Source of the DNA: Coniocarpon cinnabarinum
Taxonomy: Eukaryota
NCBI GenBank assembly: GCA_051942205.1
Contig: JAVECO010000099.1
Coordinates: 62,001-84,323 of the forward strand
Direction of reading: 5' to 3'
DNA length: 22,323 bases
Shown here: positions 10,642-22,241 of the stretch, one piece after another
Position numbering within the stretch: the first letter of the stretch is position 1
Layout of the letters: each line of letters opens with the position of its first letter
Notes under the pieces: model-generated
What the model was told of the DNA's origin: nothing
Databases searched by the model: none
The model's input: the letters and a program-made list of their open reading frames with translations, nothing else
Translations under genes and position numbers: made by a program

Positions 10642-12058
10642 ATGGGGCTTCTCTCTTTCGTTATCTCCGCTGTGGCGCTTGCGGGCCTGGCAAGCGCACA
10701 AGGGTGAGTTCGATGAAAGACTGTGGTGCTATCCAAGTCAAAGAACAGCGAGGCTCCTCTGACACATCTGCAGCGCAGATGGATATCCTGCTGCGTCGCT
10801 TTCAGGTGTTACTACATCCACGCTGCCTTACCCTTTGACTTATGGCGCGCCTGGGCCGGGTGCTGTACTCCATCCGGTCACTTTCAGCTGGGTCCGTAAT
10901 TCATGAACACCATCGCGCTGCTAGGCTGCAATGGCTGATATTCCTAAACAGACTACTGATGGAGGCATTGTAATTGTTGCCACCGCCTCAGACTTCGGTT
11001 ACCCTCAAGCAAATACCGCGTCCGGCGGGATGCCAATTCCAACAGTTGCACATAGCTCTTCCGGACCTGCGTACTCTGCAGTTACACCCGACGCTGTCAT
11101 GACCTCCACTGCGCTATCTAGCAGTGTTACCGTTGGCTCGTCCTCGTCCAGCGCAGCACCAACTGTTTCATCACCCGCATCCATGTCGCCTGTCAGCAAC
11201 ACGCCAGCAGCTACGCCTACCACTTTCTCTACAGCAACATCTTCGAATACGTCTTCCGTGTCAGCCACCTCTAGCACCGAGAACGCGGTCACGTCTAGCA
11301 CTAGCTTGCCTTCTACAAACCCACCTGCATCGAGTCAGAGCCCCAGCCTTTCCAGCTCTATTGCTCCAACGGCGGCGGCACCTTCACCAGGACCTTCCTG
11401 TCCTTTGCTTGCGCCAGGCAGCGTCGGCAGCTTCACGTTAACGGTAGGCACCAACAGTCTGAAGCGAATGTGAAGGTACTAATCCGAGCAGTTCGATGAT
11501 CTACCGTCTTTCACTCCCAACAATGATGAGTCTGCTCCCGTTTTCAACCCGTACGATGCACTATACTTCTCAGAGGGCTTTACGTACCGAGCTCCGCCAT
11601 TCGCCGCACATTCACCTCCTAAAGTGGCCTACTTTCAACCCAATGAGAGCACCACCGATATTGGTTCGCCAGACGCGGCAGGCAATCTTCCCGGAGAGAT
11701 CACGTCTGGCCACAGCTCTGATGACACTGCCTTCTGGTTCAACACATACTCACTCTGGGTGGCGTGCGACAGTCCACTCGATGCTTGGTGCAATGTCACG
11801 ATCAACCTCTTTTCCTGGGAACCTGCGCTTCAGAACACACGTATCTCAGGTATAGGGCATGCTGACCTTCCGCCATGCCCGTCTGGTACTTGCGGACTCT
11901 ATCCGATTGAGCAAGCGATCGCGCAGAATGGCTTGACGGGCATCCAAATAGAGGCAAACGTCAATAACGAACCGGTGCCTTTCTACCTGGACAGCTTTCA
12001 GCTTGGCTGGTATAACAACACGTGTGCAGCAGGCTTGGCACGAAGCCACGAGCACTGA
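10642..12058 (+). CDS. Secreted protein: signal peptide, Ser/Thr/Pro-rich stalk and a Cys-containing C-terminal domain (DUF7371-like), about 412 aa
   Basis: Exons 10642-10703, 10774-10891, 10952-11443 and 11492-12058. Introns are GTGAGT..CTGAC..CAG, GTCCGT..GCTGAT..CAG and GTAGGC..ACTAAT..CAG, and the spliced frame is continuous (1239 nt). The N-terminus MGLLSFVISAVALAGLASAQ looks like a signal peptide. C-terminal motifs GSFTLTFDDLPSF..PVFNPY..FSEGFTY..AFWFN..LGWYNNTCAAGLAR match my recollection of the fungal DUF7371 family. Confidence 0.88.
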
Positions 12059-12407
12059 GGTTCTCTGCCAGGCCAGCCATACTTGCCTCGTAGCACCTGC
12101 GAGGGCATTTATGCTTTAAGGGCCTAGCATAAGGCGTCTTGCTTGATTCGAAACGAAGAGACTGCGATCGCTCCAGAGCAGAATATGTTCATAGCAAAGC
12201 TCCTCAGTAGTCTGTGTCCTTGGACAGAGTCCGTCTCGGACCTGCAAATCACAATGGCGTATGCCCACCTCGTCCCCTTCCAAGCTGGTCGGCTGAGGAA
12301 GCCTTACACCCGGCTTGTAGAGGGCTCACTACTTGGCTGACCGCACCAGTAACGCAAGTAGATACACGCGTTGAAGTCGTCACGCCACGTGATATCCAAC
12401 TTGGTCT

Positions 12408-12428
12408 TCGGCAAGGCCGCCTTGCCGA
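12408..12428. repeat. Perfect inverted repeat TCGGCAAGGC-C-GCCTTGCCGA upstream of LTE1
   Basis: Read directly: 10-bp arms with a 1-bp spacer. Confidence 0.85.
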
Positions 12429-12491
12429 GGATGAAGAGCGGGGAGCTCCGAGCTGCTCATAAGAGAAATACAAGCGGCGATGGAGGGCGCG

Positions 12492-12505
12492 AGGGTTAGG
12501 GTTAG
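12492..12505. repeat. Short interstitial telomere-like repeat AGGGTTAGGGTTAG (about 2.3 TTAGGG units)
   Basis: Read directly; lies about 250 bp upstream of the LTE1 ATG. Confidence 0.8.
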
Positions 12506-12755
12506 CGAACAAGACGCTGCAGGTGATGTCGGGACCGCGGTGGTTTGCGCACCGCCCACACATCCTCGCAGAAGTCTATACCTCAGCAATTGCGCTTGCT
12601 AGAGAGCTCGCACACGACGCGCTGCTCTGGCCAGCCCCTCCGGAATACTCTCAAATCTAGGGTGGCTCATGGTTTAAAGGACTGTTCCCTACCTCTGGCG
12701 TCATTGCGATCTCAGCCATGAGACACAGGAAGGCAGCCCAATTTGCGTCGACCCG

Positions 12756-15700
12756 ATGGCTCCAGCAGTGACAGGCTTTTCTCACTCCCAGGGACCGCCC
12801 CCTCAACAGTCTCCTGTGGACGCAGCTCTGCTACAAAGCCCGAGCCATGCGCGCAAACCCTCTCTGCGACGCGTCCAAGACAGTCGCGAAATGCTTCATC
12901 AGCGAAAGAGCAGTCAAGCCTCGCGGGAAGCTAACCCTCCAAGAGAAATCCGACCAGCGGCGCAAGGTCGAGATTTTAGAGTTGGCAACATTGGCAATAA
13001 TGGGTTGATATACTTGAGGTCAGCTCCCTTCTTCGTCTCCCCATCTTCAGTGTTGAGCAGACTCCTCACCCATGTATAGACCGGTCCAGCGTGTCCCTCG
13101 GCCATTTCCGCAGACTCAGCCAGAAACTCCGATATTCACAGAGCTCAGAACAACAGACATCCCAGAGCCGCCGCTGCGATCGAGTGTGGATTCTAGTACA
13201 AATACGCGTCATTCGATTCTGTCAACAAGCACCCCAAGGGCGACTCAGGCACCATTGGGTACAAAACTAGGACACAGACATGCGCGCTCTGAGGCCCGAC
13301 ATGACATCGCAAGGAAGGCCCTTGATTCTCCTACGGCTACCGGGTTCAAAATGGTTGTTGATCGTGCCAGTCAGTCTCAGGCACCATCCCATGCAAGAAC
13401 ACTTGATTCTCTCGATATTCCACACTATCGCCTAGGCACCCCGCACTTCACTGAAAGGGGAAGTGCCGTCCTCCACAGCTCCGTCCACACTGGGAGTTCT
13501 CCACGAAATGAAGGATTGGCCACTGGCTCTTCAGACAATGCTGCGCGGTATCAGCGGGAGCGATTTGAGCCTCAAGTGCCAAAGCACGAGGCTTTTCCTT
13601 CTTCAGGTACCACACTGACCTCAACAGTCTTGAAAAGGACGCTGCACAAAGCCAAGTTGAAAGAGCCACCACTTCCAAGTTTCTCGGGTACTCAACCAAC
13701 GGAGCAACCTGCCAAAGCCGAGCTCGATGCCCATCAGCGACAACATTCTGTGGAGTCAGACATTCGAGTGTCTACCGCCACAGGCCAGTTACTAGCTGCG
13801 AGCGTTCCTCAGCTTATCGCCCAAATCACTTCCCCAAAACTTTTGGACTACGAACTCCTTTCGGATTTTTTCTTGTCCTACAGGCAATTCATGAGTTCCA
13901 GCGACCTTGCAATTCAGCTCATTAGCAGGCTGCAAAATGCTATTCGCTCCTCAGACGAATTCAGTCGGGTTGTGCGAGTCCGTACTTTTGTAGCTTTACG
14001 ACATTGGATTCTTAATTATTTCGTGGACGACTTCGTAATGGATTTCGAGCTTCGTGCGCGATTTTGTATGCTTGTCAACAGACTTTGTCGGGCGCTTGAA
14101 CGAGAAGCCCCGCGGGCCGTGGGTGACTTGAGGATTGTTGAAGAGCTTAAGAAATGTTGGCGTCACACTTGTGCCTTGTTCTGGGAGATGCCACCTTCGG
14201 CTTCTGATGAGGACTGTCGTGAGGACATTTTGCCAGGCGGATATGTGGGCTCTCAGGCAACACCCCTCGAGTGGGATCATGGCCCTTTAGCGAGCGCCGA
14301 AACCCAGCTGAGTTTGGAAGACGACGAACTTTCAAGAGACCCAAGTCCCGTGGATTCTGTTGCAGATCATGACTTTGCTTTCAACCAGACGCAGAAGCTA
14401 GGATCATCCACAACAACCTCGATGTCTTCAGTTAGCAAGTCGTCCCACCATGAGCATCAACCAGTTCAGGCGACCTCGTTCTCGATTCCGGCCCAGATGC
14501 TGACTAGTTGTGGACATCAACGAGGCTCTTCCACAGGATCGCAGCCTTTGCCGTCATTTGCTGAGCCAGCAAAGTCATCCACGCATCCGCCTTCTTGTGC
14601 AGACCAGGCTCGCAAGCATCATTCACGGAGCGGAAGTTTTTCTGATGCGCTGCGAGATGATCGCGTTCCGCTGCCGACGCCTCAGAATGAGTTGAACGAT
14701 CAGTTGCCCGCGCCAATGATACTGCCTGGAAGCTTGATTCGAGGCGCCACAGTAGAGCCCGGCAATCCCTACGTCGAGGAAGTAATGACGTCGAGTCCTA
14801 CACATGAGCCCGACAACTTCGACTTTCAAATCCCTCCGTCTGCAGTTGCATCAGGGTCACCGCGCGGTCGACAGCTTCAACCTCCTAATCCGGGTGTTCG
14901 CCGCTTCCTAGGCTCAGTCAGAAGGGCGCTGAGTGCCAAAAACGCCGTAGGCCGGGCACTTACTCCCAGCCCACACCGTGGCAGGCATGAAGCCAAGGTA
15001 CCTAACAGCCCATTCCGTGCTCCAACCAAACGTGAAACAAGTGCACAAAAGCGCAAACTAGTTGATGGTAAAGCAGCTATGCGAATTGATATGCTTGCTG
15101 AGGAAGTCCAACGATCGTTCAAGAACGCTGTACAACAAGTACGTGAAGCGCAAGAAGCCCTTCAATTTGAACAGGCTGAAATCCCAGCACGTCAGGAGCC
15201 AGATGCATCGGCAGGCAGTCAGGCTCTGCCGAGATTGCAGATACCTCAAAATGCTGTGCGAGACACAAATGTTACGAATGGAAGTCGTTCAATCGTGATC
15301 ATGGACGACACGAACGGGCAAATTACACCTCGAGCTGATCGTCTAGCCGCTGAAGAAACGTTGGCTCAACTTGAATCCGAGAGACGCTCTTCGCAGCCAT
15401 GGGACCTGGGGATCCATTCCGTGCCCTTATTTCTGGATACAGGTGCGGAAGAGCCCACTGAACCCTTGGACAATGAGTCGCAATTTTTTGGCGACTCTCC
15501 AATCACAGACACCAAAGATGCGCCCGATCCTAGTCCTCGTTACACTACGACGGCCAGTGCGGGCTCAGGCATGAATTCGTCGCATGCGCGCACTCTCACT
15601 ACCAGTCAAGAGCCACAGGTCATCGAGACTGAGATATCTTCACGAGGAACCAGCTTCGCATATACAGCAACGACTTACGAAAATCCACAAGATTTGACGG

Positions 15701-17832
15701 AGAATACCGAAGACGTCGAGCGTGCTCCCCCCGCGAGACAGCTTCGTCGACTGCCGGCTGGAAATCTGAGAGCTGCCAATCACGTACGTAGTTTGGACCA
15801 GCACATTCAGGTGAATACCGACCGGACTACACGTGTCTTAAGGGTTCCTCCAGCAATTCCCCTTCGCACATCGTCCACCAATGCAGGCCAAACACTGATG
15901 CAGGAGTCGGTGCCATCAGAACCGAGAAACTCTGATGATGCTTCACATACGTCGCGCCCCGTCATGCGAGCTTCCTTTGAACGAGAGGTTGCGAAGCTGG
16001 CTCAGCTCCCGGACTCAACTGAGGATACTAACGGTATTGAATCTGCTCTTGCCAAGCTTGAAGGGCGAGGCGACATGTCTCCATCTGAGCCTCGCTTGGA
16101 ATCTGTGCCGGAAATGGGTGCCGGTGACAGCAAGATTGATGAACTTCATCAAAGCGTTGAAGGTAGGCACGCAAGGCAGAAGCATCGCAAGGATCATCTC
16201 GTCGAATACAGCAACCTCCATGCACGAACAACTGCCCAGGAGGATGTCCAGCCACCCGCCATAGTGCAGCACAGCCCATTATCAGTGACTGGCTCATCGC
16301 TGTCGTATTCGTCAATCCCACTATTGGAGCGCGGTGCAGGCTTGCCACCCAAGCGCACAGCTCAAGTGCATCCAGTCGAAGAATCTGCTTCTTCGTTATC
16401 TGCCTCGCGGCGCACAGATGACCCAGCAAGAAGTTCATTGCAGACGAGTGAGACGGTACCTGGATCCCAAAATTCGTACGATTCGATTGAGGCAAGCAAG
16501 AACCTGAACGCGGCTTCCGCAGGCAAGGAAAATGCATCGAGTTCACGAACGCATGAGTCCTTCTTGCTCAACGACAACGAAACCTTGAGTGATCTGTCTT
16601 CCCTGACTCCCGACGATATCTCTCAGCAAGGCGAGCAGGAAAGCCCCGGCATGAAGAGCTTTTTCGAGGGAGAAGCAGACTCAGGTCGTTGCACTCCTCA
16701 ACCTGCCGGATCCGAGACCATGCCACGGCGTTCTGAGACTGGCTCTGTGATACCTCGACCGCAGAATCCTGTCCCCTTGTCGCCCACAGATGATTATCAA
16801 GTTGATCCGGCATACGTACCTGGCTCTCGCTACAACACTCGCGAGAACTCAATGTGGAGTGATAGGCAGCGTGGACAGATACTTGACGAGCTTGCTCAGC
16901 AGAGGAGCCGGTCATCACCGCTCACCAAAGCGCCGAGTGCGGCCCATCTTCCGTTCATTCTTGCCCATGACTCCTTGGCTCTAGCTCAGCAGCTTACTAT
17001 GATAGAGCGTGACGCTCTTTGCGAAGTTGACTGGCGCGATTTGATCGATCTGCGCTGGAATCAGACGGCAGTCGCATACTACAATTGGGTGGAATTCTTG
17101 CGATCAAATGGCACGACGGACACCAATGGCTGTCCCACCATGAGACCCGGTGTTGATATGTGTATTGCAAGATTCAACATGGTTGTGCGTTGGGTGAAGT
17201 CCGAGGTCGTGCTTACTCAAGATATCAATGAACGAGTGGCTACGATCGTGAAATATATTCATGTCGCGCAGTACGCGAGACGGTTGCGCAACTGGGCGAC
17301 GATGTATCAAATCTCGATGGCGCTCGTCAGCGCCGATATGAGTCGGTTGAAGCTGACGTGGGCGGCGGTACCCGAAGCGGAGCGGGATGCGCTTGCGCAG
17401 TTGGAGGATTTGATCATGCCAACGCGAAACTTCCACAATTTGCGAGCTGAGATTGAGAGTGCAACCAGCACCTGGGCGCAGGAAGGCGAAGGAGGCTGCA
17501 TTCCTTTCATCGGTATCTACACGCATGACCTTATCTACAATGCACAGAAGCCCGCACGTGTGTGCACAGACGCCCGGGGAGCTCTGGTGGATGCGACCAA
17601 TCTCGACGCTTCTGAGAGGGCCGATCACCAGATGTTGATCAACTTCGAGAGGCAGCATACCGCGGCTACGATCGTGAAGAATCTGCTGCGCCTGATTGAG
17701 GCGAGCTCGAAATATTCGTTTCAGCAGGAGAACGACATCATCAGCCAGTGCCTGTGGATTGGCGCGCTGCACGATGCAGAGGTGACTCGGCGAAGCAAGG
17801 AGCTGGAGCCGTTCGAGCGGTCTTCTGCATAG
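12756..17832 (+). CDS. LTE1: Ras guanine nucleotide exchange factor, Lte1-like (mitotic exit regulator family), about 1671 aa
   Basis: Exon 12756-13018 ends FRVGNIGNNGLIYLR, then a 61-nt intron 13019-13079 (GTCAGC..CTCAC..TAG), then exon 13080-17832. The REM/RasGEF_N domain has LIAQITSPKLLDYELLSDFFLSYRQF..RVRTFVALRHWILNYFVDDF. A long low-complexity spacer follows. The C-terminal CDC25 domain has HLPFILAHDSLALAQQLTMIERDALCEVDWRDL, IARFNMVVRWVKSEVVLT, GCIPFIGIYTHDLIYNAQKP and LINFERQHTAATIVKNLLRLIEAS. This widely split architecture is typical of Lte1. Confidence 0.92.
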
Positions 17833-18906
17833 TCACACGCAGCTGCCTACCAGAATCGGGTGCCACGTCGGCGCCGACGGACAGCACCCATCTCACCACA
17901 TCTCCGCAAGAGATGCTCATGACTTGACGACACCAGGGACACCGACTAATCAAAGCATTGCATTCGGCCGCGGAGTAGGAGCTTCTGAGGGACATGTGAA
18001 AGAGCTCGAAGCTGCCAGCCATGGTTTGCAGCACGAGTGGTGCTCTGCTGGGAGGATTAATGACTTTAGCTACGAGCAGCTGAGCAGCTCTGATATTGAC
18101 TATTATCTAGTACCAAGTAATCGTAATACAATTTGATACCATTCACGAGAGCCCAGCTTCGCATGCGCGAGAGAGAAGAATCGAGAGAAAGGACCGAGCA
18201 TCGGGGGTTTTGCATGTGGACACATCGACGCAGTGGGCTCACACACACTCTTGGGCAGCCTCGCGGATGGGGTATGCAGATCGAGGTGCAGGTCGCACAC
18301 GGACCTGTCAAGTGGATCGAGGCCACGGCGAGCATGATGCAAGGAGTGGCGACGCGGAGCGCTGGAGGCCGGAGGACGATAGGATGGACGGCTGCCAGCA
18401 ATGCTCAGTCACTGGGACGTTGGCACGTTGGCGGAGCTGCAGGTCAAAGGGGGCAGTTGGCGATGCACTTGCCCAAATGGTCGCCTCACTCTGCTCCCTC
18501 TTCCCTGTCGCTTGCTTGCTTGTCACTCTGTTCTCGGCTGCTGCACCCGCTCTCCAACGTTGTCTCTCACATCCATGCCGCCGCCCTCGCCGATCCAGCT
18601 CCCTCTCCCTCTTCCTCCCCATCATCCCGTCACCTTGAAACGCCCGACCTCCTGCTCCTCCTCTGCCTTCTGCGTCGCCCTCCCTCCTCGCCGCGGCCTG
18701 AGACGTCCCGCCGTCACCCCGCCTTTCTCGGGTCAGACCGTGCCCAACATGATAACTACTTCCCCGTACGCCGCCCTTGAGCCAGCATGCACCCTTCCGC
18801 CGGCTATCTGCAGCTCTTCTTCTCTAGCTTTCCATAGCGTCCAACCCCTAACCAACGTCTCGGAGCTGTGTTGTGTTTCGCTCAGCTTGAGACATAGGCC
18901 TCCACC

Positions 18907-21079
18907 ATGGTAAGTAAGCACGGTACCGATAGAAGTACCTATTTGCGAGACTGAGTCCAACCCGTTGATCCGTCTTCAGACCTCAGTAGCGTCCCTCTTT
19001 GATCAGAGCGAGCACGACGCTCACAGCGATGCTAAGAGCTCGGGACGGAGGTCCGTCCTTGACGATGATAATGACCTCCAGAGCTTACACGAGTCGAGCA
19101 GACATCTGCAGAGTCTGAGAAATGTCCGACGTGAAGACGACGAAGCAGATGAAGATTCAGATGCATCCAGCAGCTCGGCGGCGTCCACAGATTCCCGTCG
19201 TGCGCGACGTACAAAGCATGCAAGGTCTAGGGCGAACCGCTCAATCAAACCTCCACTGTCCATTTCGGGGCGATCGGCTATGTCTTCGGACTTGGACTCT
19301 CGCCTTCCGACGCTCAGCCGTATACTTGAGGGTCGGTCCACGCATGAGCAGGACGTCAAGGGCAGGTCACGCTCGGCTCGCAGTAATAAAAAGCACCATT
19401 CGACACATCATCGCCACACCACGACAAAGCATGACAGGGCGGCTAGTCATGACTTCAGTCTCCAAGCAGCAGCGCAGGACAGGGCGAAGTCACTTGTTTC
19501 CCCTTCGTTACAGTCCGTCCTTACATCTTTGACTGCCAATACGAGCTCTTCCAGCGGTAGCAATGGAAGCAACTCGACTTTGACTCAGAGTTCTTACGCA
19601 AGGTCAATCGTTTCGAAACGAGCTTCAGCTGCTCAAGAAGATAGACCGGAAAGTGCAGAGAGCACTCAGAGGAGACTTCGACGCCGCAAGCCACGAGAAG
19701 AGGAACCGCAACCCGAAAATTATTCTACCGGTCATCCTGACGTGTTTGCTTTCTTGGAGGAAGATCCGACTGAGGGCGAAGATCTAACGGAGAACTCTTC
19801 AGACGACGAAAGCAATCATGAAACATCAACCAGACCTCAGACCCCAGCTATGCACGCACATCGCTCCTCTGCGGACCCCTTTGTCAGCCCTCAGCCTGTG
19901 CGGGTCGCATCGTGGACAGGCTCGGATCAGCTGCATTCGGATTCTGGTATCTCTGTGCGTGGAAGCAGCCCAGAGTCAATTGATCGCCGTGACTCTGACA
20001 AATTGCCAATGATTCCGGACGTTGAAGCGGACCCGGCAGCGAAGACGGCGAAGACCACGATCAATGCACAAGAGCACATGAAAGCATCTTCGTCCGAGCA
20101 TCGACGTTGGTCGAGTGCCAGCATCAGCTCTTTTCCTCCTTCTGTAGGACCACAGCACTCTTACGCTCCCATGTCAATGGTGCCATACACCCAGCCACCT
20201 CCTGCATATCCGGGTCAAATGGCGCCAATGAGTCACAACTTGACGACTATGTCCTCGGAGCATAAGCTTTCGACCTATGACCTTCTTGCATCACGGTTAT
20301 CAAATGAGTCGCAGCAGGATGGCAAAGCACCTCCCCTTTATCGTCGCTTCGGACGTCTGAGTCACCGGATGCTTCTGCATTTCCAAGACGTGATTGCGGA
20401 GTTGGAAGACCAATTGCAAGCTCTAGACACGAGCATCGCTAATTGCAAGTCTTCCATAGACTCGCCTGAGTCACGAAGATTAGACCAGCGGTACTTGGCT
20501 GAACTCAATCATCGCCGTTCATACGTATTTGCTGAAGTCTTCAAGAAGACCCAAGAGTACAGTGAGTAGATGTGACTCGTGAAAGAGATGAGATGTGAAC
20601 TAAATCTCTGCCCAGATCAAGCTTTGATGTACCACAACACTACGGTCAAGCAATCCCAGTCAGCGCGCGCTGCAGACATCGATCGCTATCGTGATCTGAC
20701 GAGGCATTTGAGTACGAAGGTGCCAGATCAGCTTCGCTTCCTCGAGCACGACGACGATCTGATGAACCTCTCATTCAAGCCTGAGCTGGTGTCCATGGAG
20801 AACACGACTCATGCTCCCTTGCAGATTGCGAGACCCATCACGACAATGCCTTCACTGCTTCTCGGACCACCCGCTGCCATGCTAGTGTCCTTTGTGATGT
20901 TTTCGGCTGCTTCGAGCTGGCTTGTGCGTATGTTTTTACTGGTGTGCTTTTCGGGTGCCGGTTACATCGGCATGTATCTGACCAACTTTGGGAGGGACTT
21001 GATGACGAATCAAGAGAGGCAAGTCTGTCTTGGTTTCTACATCTGCCTCCTGGCGTGCATCGCTGCCACTGCTGGTTGA
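18907..21079 (+). CDS. DUF6594-like protein: long disordered Ser/Arg-rich N-terminus, helical core and C-terminal transmembrane segments, about 682 aa
   Basis: Exon 1 codes only ATG (18907-18909, CCACCATG context). Intron 18910-18979 (GTAAGT..CAG), exon 18980-20561, intron 20562-20615 (GTGAGT..CAG), exon 20616-21079. The motif PLYRRFGRLSHRMLLHFQDVIAELEDQLQALD..SRRLD..KKTQEYNQAL followed by hydrophobic segments resembles fungal DUF6594 proteins. Confidence 0.88.
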
Positions 21080-21270
21080 TTCGGGTCCGATGTAAAAGCG
21101 CAAGATCGCTTCAAGGCCAGTGCAACATCTGGTATGGCTCCCGGGCGCCGTCTCGCGAACCTGGACAAGCAATCTGGGGCCGATCAAGACCAAGTTCAGC
21201 CCTCTCAAGAACGACTCGGTGCTCCGCGGCAAAGCCTGAAAGGGGTCTTGCGTTGACACCACTTGTCACT

Positions 21271-21688
21271 CTAGCCTCGATTCATGGTGCACGATGGCTT
21301 CAATGCCCTGGCGCTAAAGCCGGTAGTTGGAGAGGCTTCGGGCGCTAACAAGAGTCTAATTAGGCAGAAGAGTCGCCGAGGCGAGTGCGAGGGGTCTGAA
21401 GACTCGTTCACCTACCGGTGATTGTGGTACAGTCCACCGATTGACATTGCTCGCAGGTCAGTCTTTACGACTTGAACGTCCAGCAAGTGGGTATCTCACC
21501 GCGCACAAGATGAGCGCTGCCAGGCAGAGGCTAATGGCCCCGGCTTGTTGATGTATCGGGACACGGGGGAAGAAGTCGTCATCCACTATTTGCTCTATGA
21601 CGCTCTTTGGGACTGGTTGATTTGGCTTGGAAATATGATACCCTGTTTGATGACGGACGTTCGCGCACGGAGTTATACTTTGAGCCAT
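21271..21688 (-). CDS. Possible small orphan protein (76 aa unspliced, about 98 aa if spliced)
   Basis: CAAAATGGCT start context at 21688. Candidate introns are 21499-21450 (GTGAGA..ACTGAC..GAG, non-canonical acceptor) and 21415-21345 (GTAGGT..CTAAT..TAG), which together keep the frame open to 21271. No recognisable homology. Confidence 0.25.
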
Positions 21689-22241
21689 TTTGCGACTGCT
21701 GAATTACTAAAAGACAGGCGATACGTCTGCATAGTCGAGATTGTAGCAATAACGAACGTTGATACCCGATGGTAACATCTTGAGGAAATTGATTATGCTC
21801 GAGTCTTGATCTAGCTCCACCTGTTTCCATCAGGTATGCACGCAATGACGTTTCTTCGCCCTGACGCCAGGCACACCCACAGCCTTGGCAGGCACAGGCA
21901 CAGGCACAGCACGTGGACCAGGGCGCGAGTGAAGCTTCAGGCTTCAGCATCTGACCACCTCAGCGTCGGGATGAATGATTCTCCTCAGAACTGATGAATC
22001 ATTAATCATCAGCATCATTCCCGTGATAGGGTTCGTGAAGCAAGATACGTCAGCAAGAGCAATCCATTGCGATTATGTTTACGGAGTCGTTCATCGAGCC
22101 GTGACTGATATCTTGGCGTGAACGCTCTGGGGCTCTAGCTGGTTCCGGCGTTGTGCGCTGGTTCTGTTATGCCGCATGCAATAACTACGTCCGTCGCCTG
22201 AAGATCGCGCACTTTCCTACGCGTAGAGGCCACACCTCTTC

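Noticed and set aside
12220..12335. Fragments resembling RNase MRP or SRP RNA motifs (AGAGTCC, GGGCTCACT, CAGGTCCGAGA)
   Set aside because: Matches are partial, the required pairing is absent and the spacing does not fit.
13072..13079. ORF-track start codon of the 1586-aa ORF
   Set aside because: It lies inside the 13019-13079 intron; the upstream exon starting at 12756 supplies the N-terminus.
17104..18913. Antisense 222-aa ORF and 140-215 aa ORFs after LTE1
   Set aside because: The first is an antisense shadow of the RasGEF domain. The others fall in a GC/pyrimidine-rich intergenic region and carry no protein-like motifs.
21889..21909. (CAGGCA)3 microsatellite
   Set aside because: An ordinary short simple repeat.
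21991..22060. CTGATGA as a hammerhead ribozyme core or snoRNA C box
   Set aside because: No GAAA follows a stem II on either strand, and I recognise no rRNA-complementary guide next to a D box.
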